DNA of 60,663 nucleotides, counting the filler, from Basidiobolus ranarum (taxonomy: Eukaryota), in assembly GCA_040143965.1 (NCBI GenBank). It is 6 parts of 6 records of this genome, joined end to end, with 100 filler letters (N's around TTAATTAATTAA, not from the genome) between each part and the next. Parts side by side here need not be neighbours in the genome. Positions count along the whole stretch, not along the records: positions 10,147 to 20,188 come from JASJQH010000750.1; positions 20,289 to 30,321 come from JASJQH010000751.1; 4 more parts are not named here. The stretch is one strand, 5' to 3'. The translations under genes and the position numbers were made by a program. The notes under the pieces are model-generated. The model had not been told where the DNA came from. It saw only the letters and a list, made by a program, of their open reading frames with translations, and did no database searches. Positions 11,401 through 24,315 of this stretch are shown in pieces; positions within the stretch are counted from its first letter, which is position 1, and each line of letters opens with the position of its first letter.

Positions 11401-12121
11401 AGATGTATAGGCTATGCTAGTTTCAACAAAACAAGTGAAATAAAAATGCAGCATTGCTAGTGTACTGAGGAAATTGAAGGAAAAGTTTAGGAAGTTTTGG
11501 CAGAGTGAGAAAGTTTGTAACTTCCCGCATTTCAACAACTAGACGCAATAATAATAACAAAATGGATGCTATAGGAGATTTATCACTAATTACAACCAAC
11601 GAAGTAATCAATGCAGCAATCAACACAATTGTGTTATCAGGATCAAGAACAGGAAGGGCTTGGATTTAGATTTACCGCATATTATTCATTGAATGTGGGA
11701 ATAATTGATGGGTGATGAACTCAGGTACAAGTAGTAAAGTCCAGATTATTGGTGAAATGACGGTGTAATGGTGCAATGGATCAACTGGTTGAGTCAACCC
11801 AATTCTGATCCTCAAACCGGAGAGCAGGATTCCACGCCAAATAGGGATGGAAGCTTCTATGATAAACTCTTGGGATGTTCCGGCGATATTGCGACCTTAT
11901 ATGAGTATGACTCCACCCATGACTACCTTCATCATTGCCGAATCACTTTCGTGCATTGTGTTGCTAATCTGTCGTACTAGCATAATATGGGCAATGCGGG
12001 CGATGTGAGCAATATGAGCGTGACCTTGATTTATTTCCACGATCTTTCAAAATGGGATATTTCCCAGATTGGCTACATCCGCATACCGGCGTACCCTAGC
12101 AATACTATAGAGGTATATGTA

Positions 12122-12219
12122 TAGGGTTAGGGTTAGGGCATTGCTGTGATTGCTTACTTTTCTTGGACATCAGCCCTATTATTTTCACGAATGATGGTAA
12201 TTTAAGGTTAGGGTTAGGG
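12122..12219 (+). repeat. two short interstitial (TTAGGG)2-3 tracts
   Basis: TAGGGTTAGGGTTAGGG at 12122-12138 and TTAAGGTTAGGGTTAGGG at 12202-12219. Confidence 0.7.
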
Positions 12220-12518
12220 CTAGAGATGTAATCTACAGGTGTCTAAGCCTAAATAAAACTAACCTTTATACTCAATTATTATTGCCAGGTATGGACCCGA
12301 TTTCTCCCACACACTGGGACTACGTGTGAAACTTGGTAATTTCATTTGCTTGACGGTGTTCGTGGTACGCATAACGAATTGTAGAATACCATGGGAATAA
12401 ACACCGGTTGACCCAATCACTAGGATAATGTAAACTTCGCCAAATTCGTATACAAATCCCTATATATTCCAACCCACCTCGATTTTCATTTTTCACTTCC
12501 ACTTCACATCTTAATACC

Positions 12519-14576
12519 ATGAAGCATTATCTCTTGACTTTGTTCGCTGTCTCGGTGGCCAGTGCTCTTCGCCCATTCACTCCCACTGATTTGGTTTCCT
12601 TAGATAAGCCTGGGGCTGCTGTAGCCTCACCTGATGGTCAATGGGCTGTCTTCTCCAAGTCTAACTACTCCGCAACTGAGAACTCAAGTACCAGAAACTT
12701 GTGGTTGCTTAACTTGAAAAACGATCGCATCACTGCCTTGACAAATCCCAATAAATTTGGAGACAATGAACCTTTATGGTTAGACTCTGCTACTGTTGGC
12801 TTCGTCTCTTCACGAACTGAGACATCTCAACTATGGGCCATCAACATCAAGCCAGGTGCTCAACCAGTCCAAGTTACAAACTTCACTCTCGATATCGGCA
12901 ACGTGAAATATAACTCCAAGGCTAATCTGTTAGCTTTCAGTACCTCCGTCTACCCTGATGGTAATATGGAAAAGTCAGTGGAGATTGACGCTGTAAATGC
13001 CAAACGCATAGACTCTGCCATGGTCTATGAAGAGCTTCTCTTCAGACATTGGGATCACTGGACGTCTACCAAGAAGCAAAATATTTTCACTACCAAACTT
13101 GCTAAGAAAGGAGACACTTACACTGCTGGTAAAGCCGTAAATATTATGCCTGGTGGTAAACTGGAATCCCCTACTGATCCATTTGGTGATTCAACTGATT
13201 ATGACATCTCTCCTGATGGTAAGGAGATTGCTTTCCTCTCCAAGAGACCTGGCAGGGATGAAGCTTGGGAAACTGACATTAACGTGTATGTGGTTCCTAC
13301 TGATGGTAGCAAGGCCCCCAAGTCATTGACTGACAAGAACCTCGGTTCTACCTTTACTCCCACATACTCCAATGATGGCAAAACTTTGGCTTGGTCTCAA
13401 ATGGAGACTCGTGCTTTCGAAGCTGATCGCAAGATCATTATCCTTCATGATCGCAAGACTAAGAAGGATCGTTTCCTTAATAAGAAGTGGGATCGCAGCC
13501 CCAACGGCTTGACTTGGTCAACTGACTCCAAGAGCATCTACCTTCCTACTGAAGATAGGGGTCACGTGAAGTTGTTTGTAGCTGATGTTAAGAGCGGTCA
13601 TATCAAGCCAATTACCCACAAACACCGTGTTGCTGCCGTCTCTGTGGTGAACAAGAATACCCTGCTTTTAACTCAAAGTTCATTCAGCCACCCCTCCGAA
13701 TACTTCACCATTAAGACCGATGGTTCTCAACTCAAACAACGCACCAATATTCACCAAGCAAAGATCCATGACTTTGAGTTACCCAAGTCTGAGGAATTCT
13801 GGTTTGAAGGTGCTGAAGGTGCTCGTGTACATGGGTTCATCCTTAAGCCAGCCAACTTCGACCCTAAGAAGAAATATCCAGTTGCATTCATGATCCACGG
13901 TGGACCACAACAGTCTTGGTTAGACAGTTGGGGCTCAGGATGGAACCCAGCAGTTTATACCAACGCTGGTTATGTCACAGTAGCTATCAACCCTCGTGGT
14001 TCTACAGGTTATGGCCAGAAGTTTACCGATGAGATTAGTAAGCATTGGGGTACACGCCCATACCAAGATCTTATGAATGGTTTAGACTACGTTCTTAAGC
14101 GTTATTCCTACACCGATGGAAATAGAGTTTGCGCTTTGGGTGGCAGTTTCGGTGGTTACATGGTCAACTGGATCAACGGTCAGACTGATCGCTTCAAGTG
14201 TTTAATCAACCACGATGGTATCTTCTCCACTGAGTCCACATACTATACCACTGAAGAACTCTGGTTCCCCGAGTATGAGTTCGGTGGTAAGCCATCTGAT
14301 GACAAGGCAGGCAAGCTTTATCAAAAATTCTCACCATCCAACTACGTTAAAAACTGGAAGACTCCAGTCTTGATCTTCCACGGTAACAAGGATTATCGTT
14401 TAGTCGATGGTGAAGCCTTCGCTACCTTCACAGCCTTGAGAAGACAAAATGTACCAGCTCGCTTGGTTTACTTCCCCGATGAGAACCATTGGATTCTTCG
14501 CACAGGTAACTCTATCCGCTGGTATAATGAAGCGGTACAATGGATGAATAAGTGGACCAATAATACCCAGCATTAG
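12519..14576 (+). CDS. dppV: secreted dipeptidyl-peptidase V-like S9 serine peptidase
   Basis: Signal peptide MKHYLLTLFAVSVASA, beta-propeller repeats (SPDG), IHGGPQ, nucleophile GGSFGG, DYRL and FPDENHW. Intronless, 685 aa. Confidence 0.92.
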   Translation: MKHYLLTLFAVSVASALRPFTPTDLVSLDKPGAAVASPDGQWAVFSKSNYSATENSSTRNLWLLNLKNDRITALTNPNKFGDNEPLWLDSATVGFVSSRTETSQLWAINIKPGAQPVQVTNFTLDIGNVKYNSKANLLAFSTSVYPDGNMEKSVEIDAVNAKRIDSAMVYEELLFRHWDHWTSTKKQNIFTTKLAKKGDTYTAGKAVNIMPGGKLESPTDPFGDSTDYDISPDGKEIAFLSKRPGRDEAWETDINVYVVPTDGSKAPKSLTDKNLGSTFTPTYSNDGKTLAWSQMETRAFEADRKIIILHDRKTKKDRFLNKKWDRSPNGLTWSTDSKSIYLPTEDRGHVKLFVADVKSGHIKPITHKHRVAAVSVVNKNTLLLTQSSFSHPSEYFTIKTDGSQLKQRTNIHQAKIHDFELPKSEEFWFEGAEGARVHGFILKPANFDPKKKYPVAFMIHGGPQQSWLDSWGSGWNPAVYTNAGYVTVAINPRGSTGYGQKFTDEISKHWGTRPYQDLMNGLDYVLKRYSYTDGNRVCALGGSFGGYMVNWINGQTDRFKCLINHDGIFSTESTYYTTEELWFPEYEFGGKPSDDKAGKLYQKFSPSNYVKNWKTPVLIFHGNKDYRLVDGEAFATFTALRRQNVPARLVYFPDENHWILRTGNSIRWYNEAVQWMNKWTNNTQH

Positions 14577-16508
14577 GTGGTTTTCTTCAATTTTGCATTT
14601 AGTTTTGCGTTTAGTTTAATGAATCGATTAAAATTTTGTAAGCGAACTATTAGTTTCCTGGTGATTGTAGTGATTAATGATTTGTTGATTTGAATCAATA
14701 AAAGTTAGCATTTCCCTTACCCAATGATGTTCGGGATTCTAATTCGATATTCCCTCGCTTCGGATCGAGGCGGTCGGACACAAAACGAATTTAGGGATGA
14801 TTATCGGTAATTGTATCGTTTGGTGATCTTACTCATGTGTTCAAAGACGCAGAGCCGCTGTAATAAGGATTCAATAGGTTGATAGCCGTTCAGTGATTTA
14901 AAGAAATTTCGGAATTAATACTTCTATGGTCTAATGGCATGTAATGTGCGATACACCAAGTTTTCTAGTATACAACTAGCTTCATTAAACTCAGTACACC
15001 CATACTTCCATTACTCCTAGTATACCCTCCTAGTACACTCATCCCACCGCCCGTGTAACAATGCCATCTGATTTCCATATCTTTTGATCTTCTCGTTGCA
15101 TGCTTCCCAGGATTTAAACACAGGTTAGGTACTGAGTTGTATCACAAGATCAGGATTAGCGGTATGTTCCCATGACTTGAGGAACCCTAACCTCAGCAGC
15201 ATATGACTTACTAATCATACACTTCATTCCCATATACATGACAATAGTTCCTTAAACTCGATATTCTTTTTACGGCACCTCGTATACATTTATAGTATAT
15301 TATCTGATATACTTTTTGAGTAGTCTTTAGTCATAATGAATATACTATAGTAACTGAACTACCTATAATTACCACGAAACAATACCATATTTAGTGTTTG
15401 CTAGAGTTAAGCATATGCGTATATTGATTTTTAGTATAGCTAATATTTATTTACTGAATATTCGTTACATCAGGATAAACACTCTCATCCATAACTCTTT
15501 GCATTGCAAATTCTGTATGCAGCAGGCTAGTCCAGCAAAATTTTCTCATAACCGACTATTTACATGTACATAATCATCTCGGAAGATATTACAATATTTA
15601 CATGCTGTCAAGTATCATAGCAAGGCACCTTAATGTATAATGAAAGCCAGTTTGGCCGGCTTTCTAGTAACATGATCCAACTTAAAGCTAATTAATGTTG
15701 ATAGGCAACGTAGGTAAATTATTTACGATATTTTAACGCTTTCCCAGAATATATTTGAGATATTAATCACACCAGAACGTCTATCCAGAGATAGGGTACC
15801 AAAATTATCTTATATACTGGAGAGTAAGTGTTAACTAATGAATCAAGCTCTCACATGGCTTGGATATTTGCTACAGGTGCCTGTCAGGGTGAATTCTTTG
15901 ATATTATGAAGATGCTTCCACTAATCTTGGTGCTATAACATGTACTTTTCTTCATTATAGTTTGTGAATCAATTTTGAGCTCAACATCTTTTTTGCACCA
16001 AAACTATAGATGGTTGAATCCATTTCTAAATACTACATACATATATGGAATCCATATTTCTGACCATTTTTATGGCATGTTGCATGTAGATAATGTTTCC
16101 TAGCCGCAACTAACCCCAAGACAGAATATTTTTCCATATCATCAAGCCTTCATGGATATAAAGCAGAAGATGTTAGTCAGTATTACATGCCTTGAAAGTC
16201 ATGTCCAAAATGATTACTGCTAGGAATATCTGGGATCAACTGGAAGTGTTTATCATAATTAGAAGAAATATATGATTAGTACTTATTGCTTTATTGAATT
16301 GAGAATAAGTATGCATGTATGCTGATATTGAAAATGAAAAAAATAACAGCGGGGATGTATTTGAAGGGTGTTCAGAAGGTTGGAGTTAAAGTTTGTGGAG
16401 TTTTGGACGATGTTGAAAGATTTCTATCTTTTGAACTTTTCTGACGCATGTCAAATGTATCCAAGATATATGCGACGAATTTGACTTATGAAGTATTAGC
16501 TAATTAAA

Positions 16509-16572
16509 TATCAGCTACACTAAGCAAGATGTATGAATAGTATCAGCTACACTAAGCAAGATGTATGAATAG
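16509..16572. repeat. perfect 32-nt tandem duplication
   Basis: TATCAGCTACACTAAGCAAGATGTATGAATAG x2. Confidence 0.9.
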
Positions 16573-17022
16573 CTAGATGCTTAATTCTAATATTTCAATA
16601 CCATAAATCATTGAAAAAGTGAGCCACTCACAATGAGATTATTCCTGTATAGTATGTACACTAGGATATACGCAGGGATGCCAGATTTCTGATAGATAGT
16701 GACAAAATTGACACTTGTTTTGAAGACACTTGTTATGAAAACTCTATTACAGTACAACCAACCATACTCCATGAGAAAGTATATATGATAGAGAATGAAT
16801 AGTACATATGATAGAGAATGAATAGTATATATGCTAGAGTATGTGAGTAAACAGACATTCATTGATATCCCTGTCTTAATACCATATCACGAAATCATAA
16901 AAGAAATTAAGAAGTTATTATTTATTTATGAAGACTAGGTATAGCTATGAAAAGGAATATTCGTTTAGCGGGTCATTTAGCTGAATTCACTACAAAATCA
17001 TGCAAGATGCAAACGTTACGCT

Positions 17023-17544
17023 TTAGCAATTGTAACAGTATTGAGCGTATTGGAATACACTGCAACATGTACCACCACAGTTGTTTTGCACAGCCCATTT
17101 CCCGTCCTGACAAACCAAGAAATTACTCCCAGAACATCCATACCTACCATTAACAAGACAATTTGCTCCTGGAGCTACCGTAGGGTCAGGCTTGTTGGAT
17201 GTGGTTGTGGTGGAGGTGGGCTTAGCAGTTGGCTTAGAGGTAGTCTTTGAGGTGGTTGGCTTAGAAGTGGTCTTGGATGTGGTGGACTTGGAGGTGGTCT
17301 TAGAGGTAGTTGGTTGACTGCCACAATTGGGGCAGAATGCGGCGTAAGCTGGAACGCTACAGCAACTTCCAGAACAGATATTTTGTAGGAGCCACTTACT
17401 GGTAGATGTTTGGCAAGCGTAAAAATTTGGACCTTCACAGTAATAAGAGGCACCGCTGTTTGAATTGCAAGGAGCTGATGGAACAGCAGATACAACACCC
17501 AAGGTAGCTACGATGGTGCCAACGAGAAGGTTAGAGAAATACAT
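17023..17544 (-). CDS. secreted Cys-rich protein: two CBM19-like modules separated by a Thr/Ser/Lys/Pro linker
   Basis: Signal peptide; two modules of pattern C-x4-6-Y-x-C-x-G-x2-F-x2-C-x3-5-KW-x2-QN-x-C-x-G-x-CC; paralog at 33218-33793. The CBM19 label rests on pattern resemblance. Confidence 0.75.
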   Translation of the reverse strand: MYFSNLLVGTIVATLGVVSAVPSAPCNSNSGASYYCEGPNFYACQTSTSKWLLQNICSGSCCSVPAYAAFCPNCGSQPTTSKTTSKSTTSKTTSKPTTSKTTSKPTAKPTSTTTTSNKPDPTVAPGANCLVNGRYGCSGSNFLVCQDGKWAVQNNCGGTCCSVFQYAQYCYNC

Positions 17545-18150
17545 TTCAGTTGAATAGAGAGTGGAAGGTTTGTCGGTATAGACTTATGATGCTGAATTGT
17601 CTGTTGTTTATCTGGTTTATATGGACAACGGATGTCCTGCTTGTTTATGGTTTTTTGCACTTCTAGTGAATCAAGGCTTCTATCAATTTCTGAATTTAGT
17701 ACAACTTGGGCAGCGCCTTTGTGATACAAGGTTGATGTTTATTTTTAGTATCAAAAACGTGAGATCTATCAGTAAAAATAGGAGACACATCTTCAGCCTA
17801 GAGAATTTAGCTTAGTCAAATGAAACTTCTCCGTATAAAGTATACTGAAGAAGGGGGAGTCAAACTTGGCAACTCGTGGGAAAGATTTGCAATGATCATA
17901 TATCTCTTCATAAGCGTTCATACATAGGTTGATGTGAAATAAATTGAAGTACCGACAAAAGTATTGCTGGTTGTGTAATGTCAGTGGCGTCGATTGAGTA
18001 ATGTTATTTTAGTTACTGGGATTGGAGTCGGGTCTGTTCTAGTCCAAGATCAGCGCAGCTGTCTAACACAATCATGTTACTAATAACTGACGATATCACG
18101 ATTCACAGTTTGCGATTCGTTATATCCAGTTTCAGACAGTATGTTCCTAC

Positions 18151-18230
18151 TCTACAAAGCGAAGGTACTACTTACATAACTCTATAAAGCGAAGGCACTA
18201 CTTACATAACTCTACAAAGCGAATGTACCA
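18151..18230. repeat. 30-nt tandem repeat, ~2.6 copies
   Basis: TCTA(C/T)AAAGCGAAGG(T/C)ACTACTTACATAAC, no spacers between copies. Confidence 0.85.
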
Positions 18231-18399
18231 ATCCTAGCTCTAGCCTTATTACTCATCAAAAATTTTGAAGTTTATTTAAATTCAACAACTGGCTGAAAGA
18301 TTTACATTCCTAGTTGTCAATAGTCATTAAAGTTACAATATTCATGCCGATTAATATGTCACAAAATTTCCGAGGTTCAAACAAATGAGTAGATATGAT

Positions 18400-20188
18400 T
18401 TAGTTGAACTTTTGGATATATGCTGCTACGAGGACCAATAACTCCTGCTTATCGTAAGGCTTTATGACATAATCAGTCATTCCAGATTCAATCGCAAGGC
18501 ACCTGTACTCCTCTCTGGCATTACCAGACACTCCAACAATAGGGATATAACGCGAGCCACTGGCCTTCTCGATCTCTCGTATGCGACGTGTGCATTCTAA
18601 TCCACCCATAACTGGCATCTCGAGGTCCTAGGTCAAATAATCTTATAAATACAAGAGAGAAATGGAAACTTACAGATTCAAAGCTTACGAACCATTAAAA
18701 TCAAGTGATAACTTGTTTGCTTCAGGATATCTAGTGCTTCAGCTCCGTGTTTGGCCACACCAGCAGTAAATCCTGCTAATTCAAGCTGGCGCTTAAGCAC
18801 GCGCTGGTTAATTAGATTATCTTCCACTACGAGTACACTTGCATTCGGCTTCAAGGGGCATTCCTTAGTACGGACAACATCATTAGAATTCATCACAACT
18901 TTTGAAACCTTCTCAGTTGGGCTAGATTTAATCCATACCACTGTGTCTTCTTTTTCCTTAGAAAGTTTGGGCTGTTTCTTTGACTTGGCTTTTTTTTTCA
19001 CCGTTGTTTTTTTGTTCCCTGAAGGTTTTTCACCTGTAGGTGAATCTTTAGTTCTCAGACTATCAACTGGTGGTTTGTGAGGCATTGTGTAAGTATATTC
19101 CATAACACCGGCGTCAGTTTCTCCGCTTAGACATTCCTGGGTGTCATTATCGAAATTACCTTCAACTCTCTCACATTTGATATAGAATGAGAATGTGGTT
19201 CCATCTCCTTTCTTTGACTCGACTGTGATCTTACCATCATGAAGTTCAACGAGTCGTTTGCTAATGAACAAACCAAGTCCACTTCCTCCGAATTCGGCAT
19301 ACGTACGCGGGGTACCTTGAGCAAATCGTTGAAACAAGTTCGATTGCTCCTCTAGAGTCATTCCTACACCACTATCCTTAATGGCAATAGCGATATATAC
19401 AGCGTCCAACAGCGCTGTAGTAGGTACTTCTGATGTTTCCCTTCCCATATTATCGGAAATATCGCTTGGTACATCTGAACCTATCACTGGAGAGTCATAT
19501 TCTGCCTGGGTCTCATCAATCTCAAGTATCTCGTTGGCCGTTGTAAGAGAAGGCTTATCTAACGCATCAAGAGTAACAGTGATACGTCGGAGAGGCACTC
19601 GCTCAGTAAAGCGAATGGCGTTCGTGAGGAAGTTGATTCTGAGAATAAGAATATATTAGTACTCGCCATGAGCAGATCATGAACACTCTCACCTCCAAAC
19701 TGAACTTACAATATTTGTGTGAATCGTGTCGGATCTCCCTTCACCCAGTCCACATCCAGCTGTGAGTAGCCATCAGCTACTATGAACTCTAGAGCAATCT
19801 CCTTCAGTCTGACTTCCGTTTCGAACATGCGAATCGCGTTTGAAACCACACTAACTGGTCTCATGTTGGTTTTCGAGAGAACAAGAAGGTTCATGTTGAT
19901 CTTCGACATGTGAAGCACATCATCTGCAATTTTCTATTTGTAAAATGAACTTATGTAAGTTTCCAATCTATTCAATCTCAAGGTGACAAGTTACCAGTAA
20001 GAAATATACACGAAAATCATTGGCTTACCTTTTGGTGTTGAGCGCATAGGGTTATCGTATCAACGACATCCAGGTCATTAGTGATCTCGTTCTCTAGCCA
20101 GTTCGCCACTTTCTTAATACTTTCTTTGCGTACTTCTTTCTGCACTTTCTCCAATGACTCGTGCAGCAAGTCTGCACTGTGATAAATG
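18400..20188 (-). CDS. hybrid sensor histidine kinase, C-terminal HisKA-HATPase-receiver part (5' truncated; three introns visible)
   Basis: IYHSADLL, DDVLHMSKI, GDPTRFTQI, NFLTNAIRFT, DSGVGM, FGGSGLGLFIS, VLVVEDNLINQRVL, DLEMPVMGG, DYVIKP. Confidence 0.92.
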
Positions 20189-20288
20189 NNNNNNNNNNNN
20201 NNNNNNNNNNNNNNNNNNNNNNNNNNNNNNNNTTAATTAATTAANNNNNNNNNNNNNNNNNNNNNNNNNNNNNNNNNNNNNNNNNNNN
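20189..20288. other. artificial contig linker
   Basis: N44-TTAATTAATTAA-N44. Confidence 0.97.
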
Positions 20289-20434
20289 GACATACTTGGT
20301 ATATAGATCACAGTCTTGATAGTGACTTGTAAAAGTCAATCAAGTTGAATAATAAATATTTCTGGTGCAGTTACTTTATTGTAGTTATCACATAAAGCAC
20401 CCGATACACTTTGTGCCCAATATTGACTTAAACA

Positions 20435-22629
20435 ATGGAGGAAAGTCCAATAAACAAAGTACACTTTTGCATTGATTTAGTATTCCTCAGAGTCAGAGGT
20501 TCACGAACTCAAACTCATTAATACTTTAAACTTCTTCAGGCCCATCAACATGCTAACGCAGCAGAAGAATTTGAATCCAGAGGACTCCTTGAAGAGGCGA
20601 TGCAGGAACATTTAAGTGCAGCTGGTAAACTAGTATTAGAATTGTAGATATTTTTGAACAAACCAGTTAATTTTTTATTCGTATAAGAGCATTTCGAATT
20701 GGCTATAGAATTTACCTCAGATGCGGAAGTATGAGGTTTTAGTATGAATTCTTATCTCAGCTGAAGTATTGAGTATTTTCTTTCACTTAGGTAATTCGTA
20801 CACTTGAATTGCTTTCCTCAGCACATCAAAGGCAGGGACTCGAAATGGAGCGAAAAATAAACAAGAACTTATTACAAAAGCGTACATCTAACAGTCATGA
20901 TGAGAATCTCCCAAAAGCTAGCTCAACAGCCAAGACTTTAAGTGCTCTCTCTTCTAGATATATCTCGAATTCCACCAGATTCAGAAGCAGTTAGTCAATT
21001 CCACCGACTTGCCTACCCAAGTGAATATTACTAATTCCCTATGATTACATTAGGTCACTCTCACTCTTCAAGTATTTCACCGTCTCATATGTTTGATGAT
21101 TCTTTCTTGGTTTTGAAAAGCAATATTCATGATGAGGTGAAGACCAATCTAGTTAAGAAGTCAATACAGTCAATCCAATTTACTTAAAGATACTGGTTTT
21201 TAGGAAAACAAATCCGACCCATTTGATCGATTTTGGGAGGCTGTTGAGGCGTTGATACAAAATACATCTAACCCTATAGCATTTGCTACTGCACCCCTGG
21301 AAGGGATGGAGAGATTTGATGTAGAGGAGATTCGAGGACAATACAAGAAAAGTGACGGTAACGCTTGATGTGAATAAGATAATCGGGATTTCTCTCATTG
21401 AACATATATCTTAGATCATCAGGAAAACCCGAATCTACATGAGACATTGGGTTCCTTTATCATTGTGCCTGAGCAATCGAGTAAATCAAGACAGCCTAGA
21501 AAAGATCCCGTTGAAAGTGATAGCGAGTCACCCAAGATTCCTAGTAAAAGCCATCCTATTGCAAACAAGCACTCCAATCGACCAAAGTAATTTACCTACG
21601 AAAGTTCCCATTGAGAAAATCTTCCGAGTAGAGTATTCATTTCATTTTGTTAGAGCGATCGGTTCCACAAAAACCATCGAAGAGTACGCCATTGAAAATC
21701 AACACTTGAAGAAGGCAATCGATATTTTGTCCAGACAGGTTAACGCATTAGAGAAAGTAGGTTAATAGGTGGCTATCGACTGAATCGTACAGTAACTTTG
21801 AAGTAACAATCAGTTTTGTTATAGGCTGCTGAGGAAAATACTTTGTTGAAAAGTAGTATTATACAGTTGAGACAAGATCTTCAGAAACAGGTATGACTGA
21901 GGTCTATATTTCATGGTTTATGGCTGGTGTGACTTTATATTCTCTTTTACAGGCTAAGAAAGGCCGACTAGCACCGGAATTGAGTCGTATATACGGCAGT
22001 AAATACAGTACAAGCGAAAGTCAACACGGTTTGCTTTAATTATTTGCTCTCTTTCTATTTGAAGCAGTTGTCTCAGTGACATATTAATCGTACTAGTTGG
22101 CCCTAATGCCCATGCAGCAACACCTCAAAAGAAAATTCAAGAGCTTGAAGAAGAGGTTCGAGTTTTGAAGTTAGAGAATGACAAGCAGGTAACCTCCAAT
22201 TGTAGTAATTGAAAACTTGATGAATTTTCTTTAATCTGTCGACTTTAGAGCATGATGCTAAATAAATACCGTGATCGTTGGGATCAATTAAAGGAGTCGG
22301 CCAAGAAGAAAAGAAGTATTGCTAAAACGGAGCAGCAACAGGCTGCTGACGAATTTAATAATCAAAGCCCCATGGAGGAAAAAAGCAACTCTGGTAAAAC
22401 TCCTACCGTTTCTTTTGCACCAAGTCCCACTAAATCCATCAAATCTCTTGATCAATCTGGCCCTCAAGTTGAAGTGGCAGCAGACTTGGTACAAGAGGGC
22501 AATGATTCCAGTCCAGAGAGGAATTATTCATCTACTTCAGAGATCTTGAGCAGAAGTGAAACTGCGGAAAAATCCAACGGATCAATATTTTATTCGACAT
22601 CAGAGGATATGAAATCCAGCTTTCCTTAG
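20435..22629 (+). CDS. multi-exon MIT-like + coiled-coil protein, NRBF2/Atg38-like
   Basis: Spliced N-terminus MEESPINK|AHQHANAAEEFESRGLLEEAMQEHLSAA|EHFELAIEFTSDAE|VIRTLELL resembles the NRBF2 MIT domain. Also DPFDRFWEAVE...PIAFATAPL and coiled coil KTIEEYAIENQHLKKAIDILSRQ. Many short GT-AG introns; internal boundaries not all resolved. Confidence 0.7.
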
Positions 22630-23254
22630 CACCATTTCTCTCACACTTTCCCATGACATCTACGTAGCATAAGCCACTCTTCAACAACACATTTATTCAG
22701 CCGAAAATAGAATAAAATTACCGTGAGCCATTTGAATAACCTGAGTGCAAGTTAAGAATAAATATACTTCCAAGGTATTTGTATGACTATAACACTCAAC
22801 AGATGCGTACTATATAGCTATAGAAATATTTATATCTTGTATATGTGTGTGTGTGTGGACACAATTCGCAGCCAATTCTAGATGATCTATTGAATGCCCT
22901 CCGTTTGCCAAGCAAGAGAGCTACTGCCATCTCTCCATGCTTATGATTTGAATCGGGCCTGTTAATTTTCCTAACCGATGGACTAATCCTGTGTAAGTGT
23001 TCGAGTTATATCGTATCGTATATATATCAGTTATTGTATACCTCACTTCTCACCATTAGTGGGCCAAGAGAACATCTCTTTATGCAAGGTGCAGGTATTT
23101 ATCATAAACTCACATTGATCATTGATGTAGGTTTCTTAATTATCCATGTTTATTAGTGTTACTTCGAGGGAGGTATAACGTAATTGTTCAAATATGCTTT
23201 TATTTCCAAGCATCTCAACGTCACTGAAATGGATGAAAAGACATCTTGAAACAA

Positions 23255-24315
23255 TTATTGTTTTTTGTATAGGATATCGTAATGTCCTGGTCGATAAAGT
23301 AGCACCAATGGTTTCTTAGAAAGTTCAGAGCTGGTCTCATCGACATCAAAATTGTGAAATACAACTTGATCAGTACTATTGGACCCATCCAAGTAAACAA
23401 CTTGAACCGGAGTTCCAAGAACTTTTGTTAACGCGATGATATGAATCTGATCAGATTCCATTCCCATGGCTTCAACATAATGTGAACAGAACTGACTCAT
23501 GCTTCCGGCATAATCAATAAAAGGTAGATATTCATCTGCGTGTAATTTCAAGTATGCTGAAGTGATAAATCGAAGATGTACTACGATGGCGTTTGAAATG
23601 TGGTCCGTCTGGAAAATAGAGAGTAGAGTTGACGAATTTTGCTGTGGAAGTGAGTCTAGCGTTTCTAAAGCCACATCATAAAAGTCCTCATACGCCAAGG
23701 GTTCGAAATTGGCGGCTTTCAGAAGTTCAGAGGTTTTCAATAATAATTGACGTGCCTCATTTAGCAAATTGGAGTCATTCGCCAGCATCAGGTTTTCATA
23801 CCAGCAATAAGCGAAGGCTAAGTCATAGTAACGATAGATAAAACAATTAGTAAATGGCTTGTGGCTGAAGTCCCAGACTTTTCTCTACTCTACTATCTCA
23901 GTAGTTATAATATTTCATACCACGAAAAAAGCAATTCCCTACGTAAGGCATGTAAGTGAAATACTCATATATATATTTGGTATACAAACACTTACCGTCA
24001 CCACGACAACGACGAATGCGATCATATTCAACACTTAGGTTCTGTGCAATGAGAACAGCGGATGTATATGTAAATGTCGATTTAAGTTTCAAGAGCATAA
24101 AAAGCCATCCGCTAGAACACACTACTTACTTGAATCTTAGTCTGAAAGATTTCGGAACCTGCTGCATACTCAGCCAAGAGTTGTAAAATACTTTCGTCGA
24201 CATTAACCAAAGGAACAGCCTTAGCTTGACTGTCCTTTATTGACTGTTCATACTCTAGTATTTGTTCATCGGTTGGTACATTTTCCTGTTTATCTTGAGC
24301 ACTGCTATTATTCAT
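23255..24315 (-). CDS. OTUB1: otubain-family (peptidase C65) deubiquitinase, intron-containing
   Basis: Spliced IRRCRGDG|NCFFR (catalytic Cys), VVHLRFITSA, CSHYVEAMGMESDQIHIIAL, LLYRPGHYDILY (catalytic His). Confidence 0.92.

Noticed and set aside
18151-18230. 30-nt repeats of CRISPR-like length
   Set aside because: Directly tandem with no spacers; an ordinary minisatellite.
20990-21054. Apparent premature stop in the NRBF2-like gene
   Set aside because: It falls within a GTTAGT...TACTAAT...TAG intron whose removal restores the frame.
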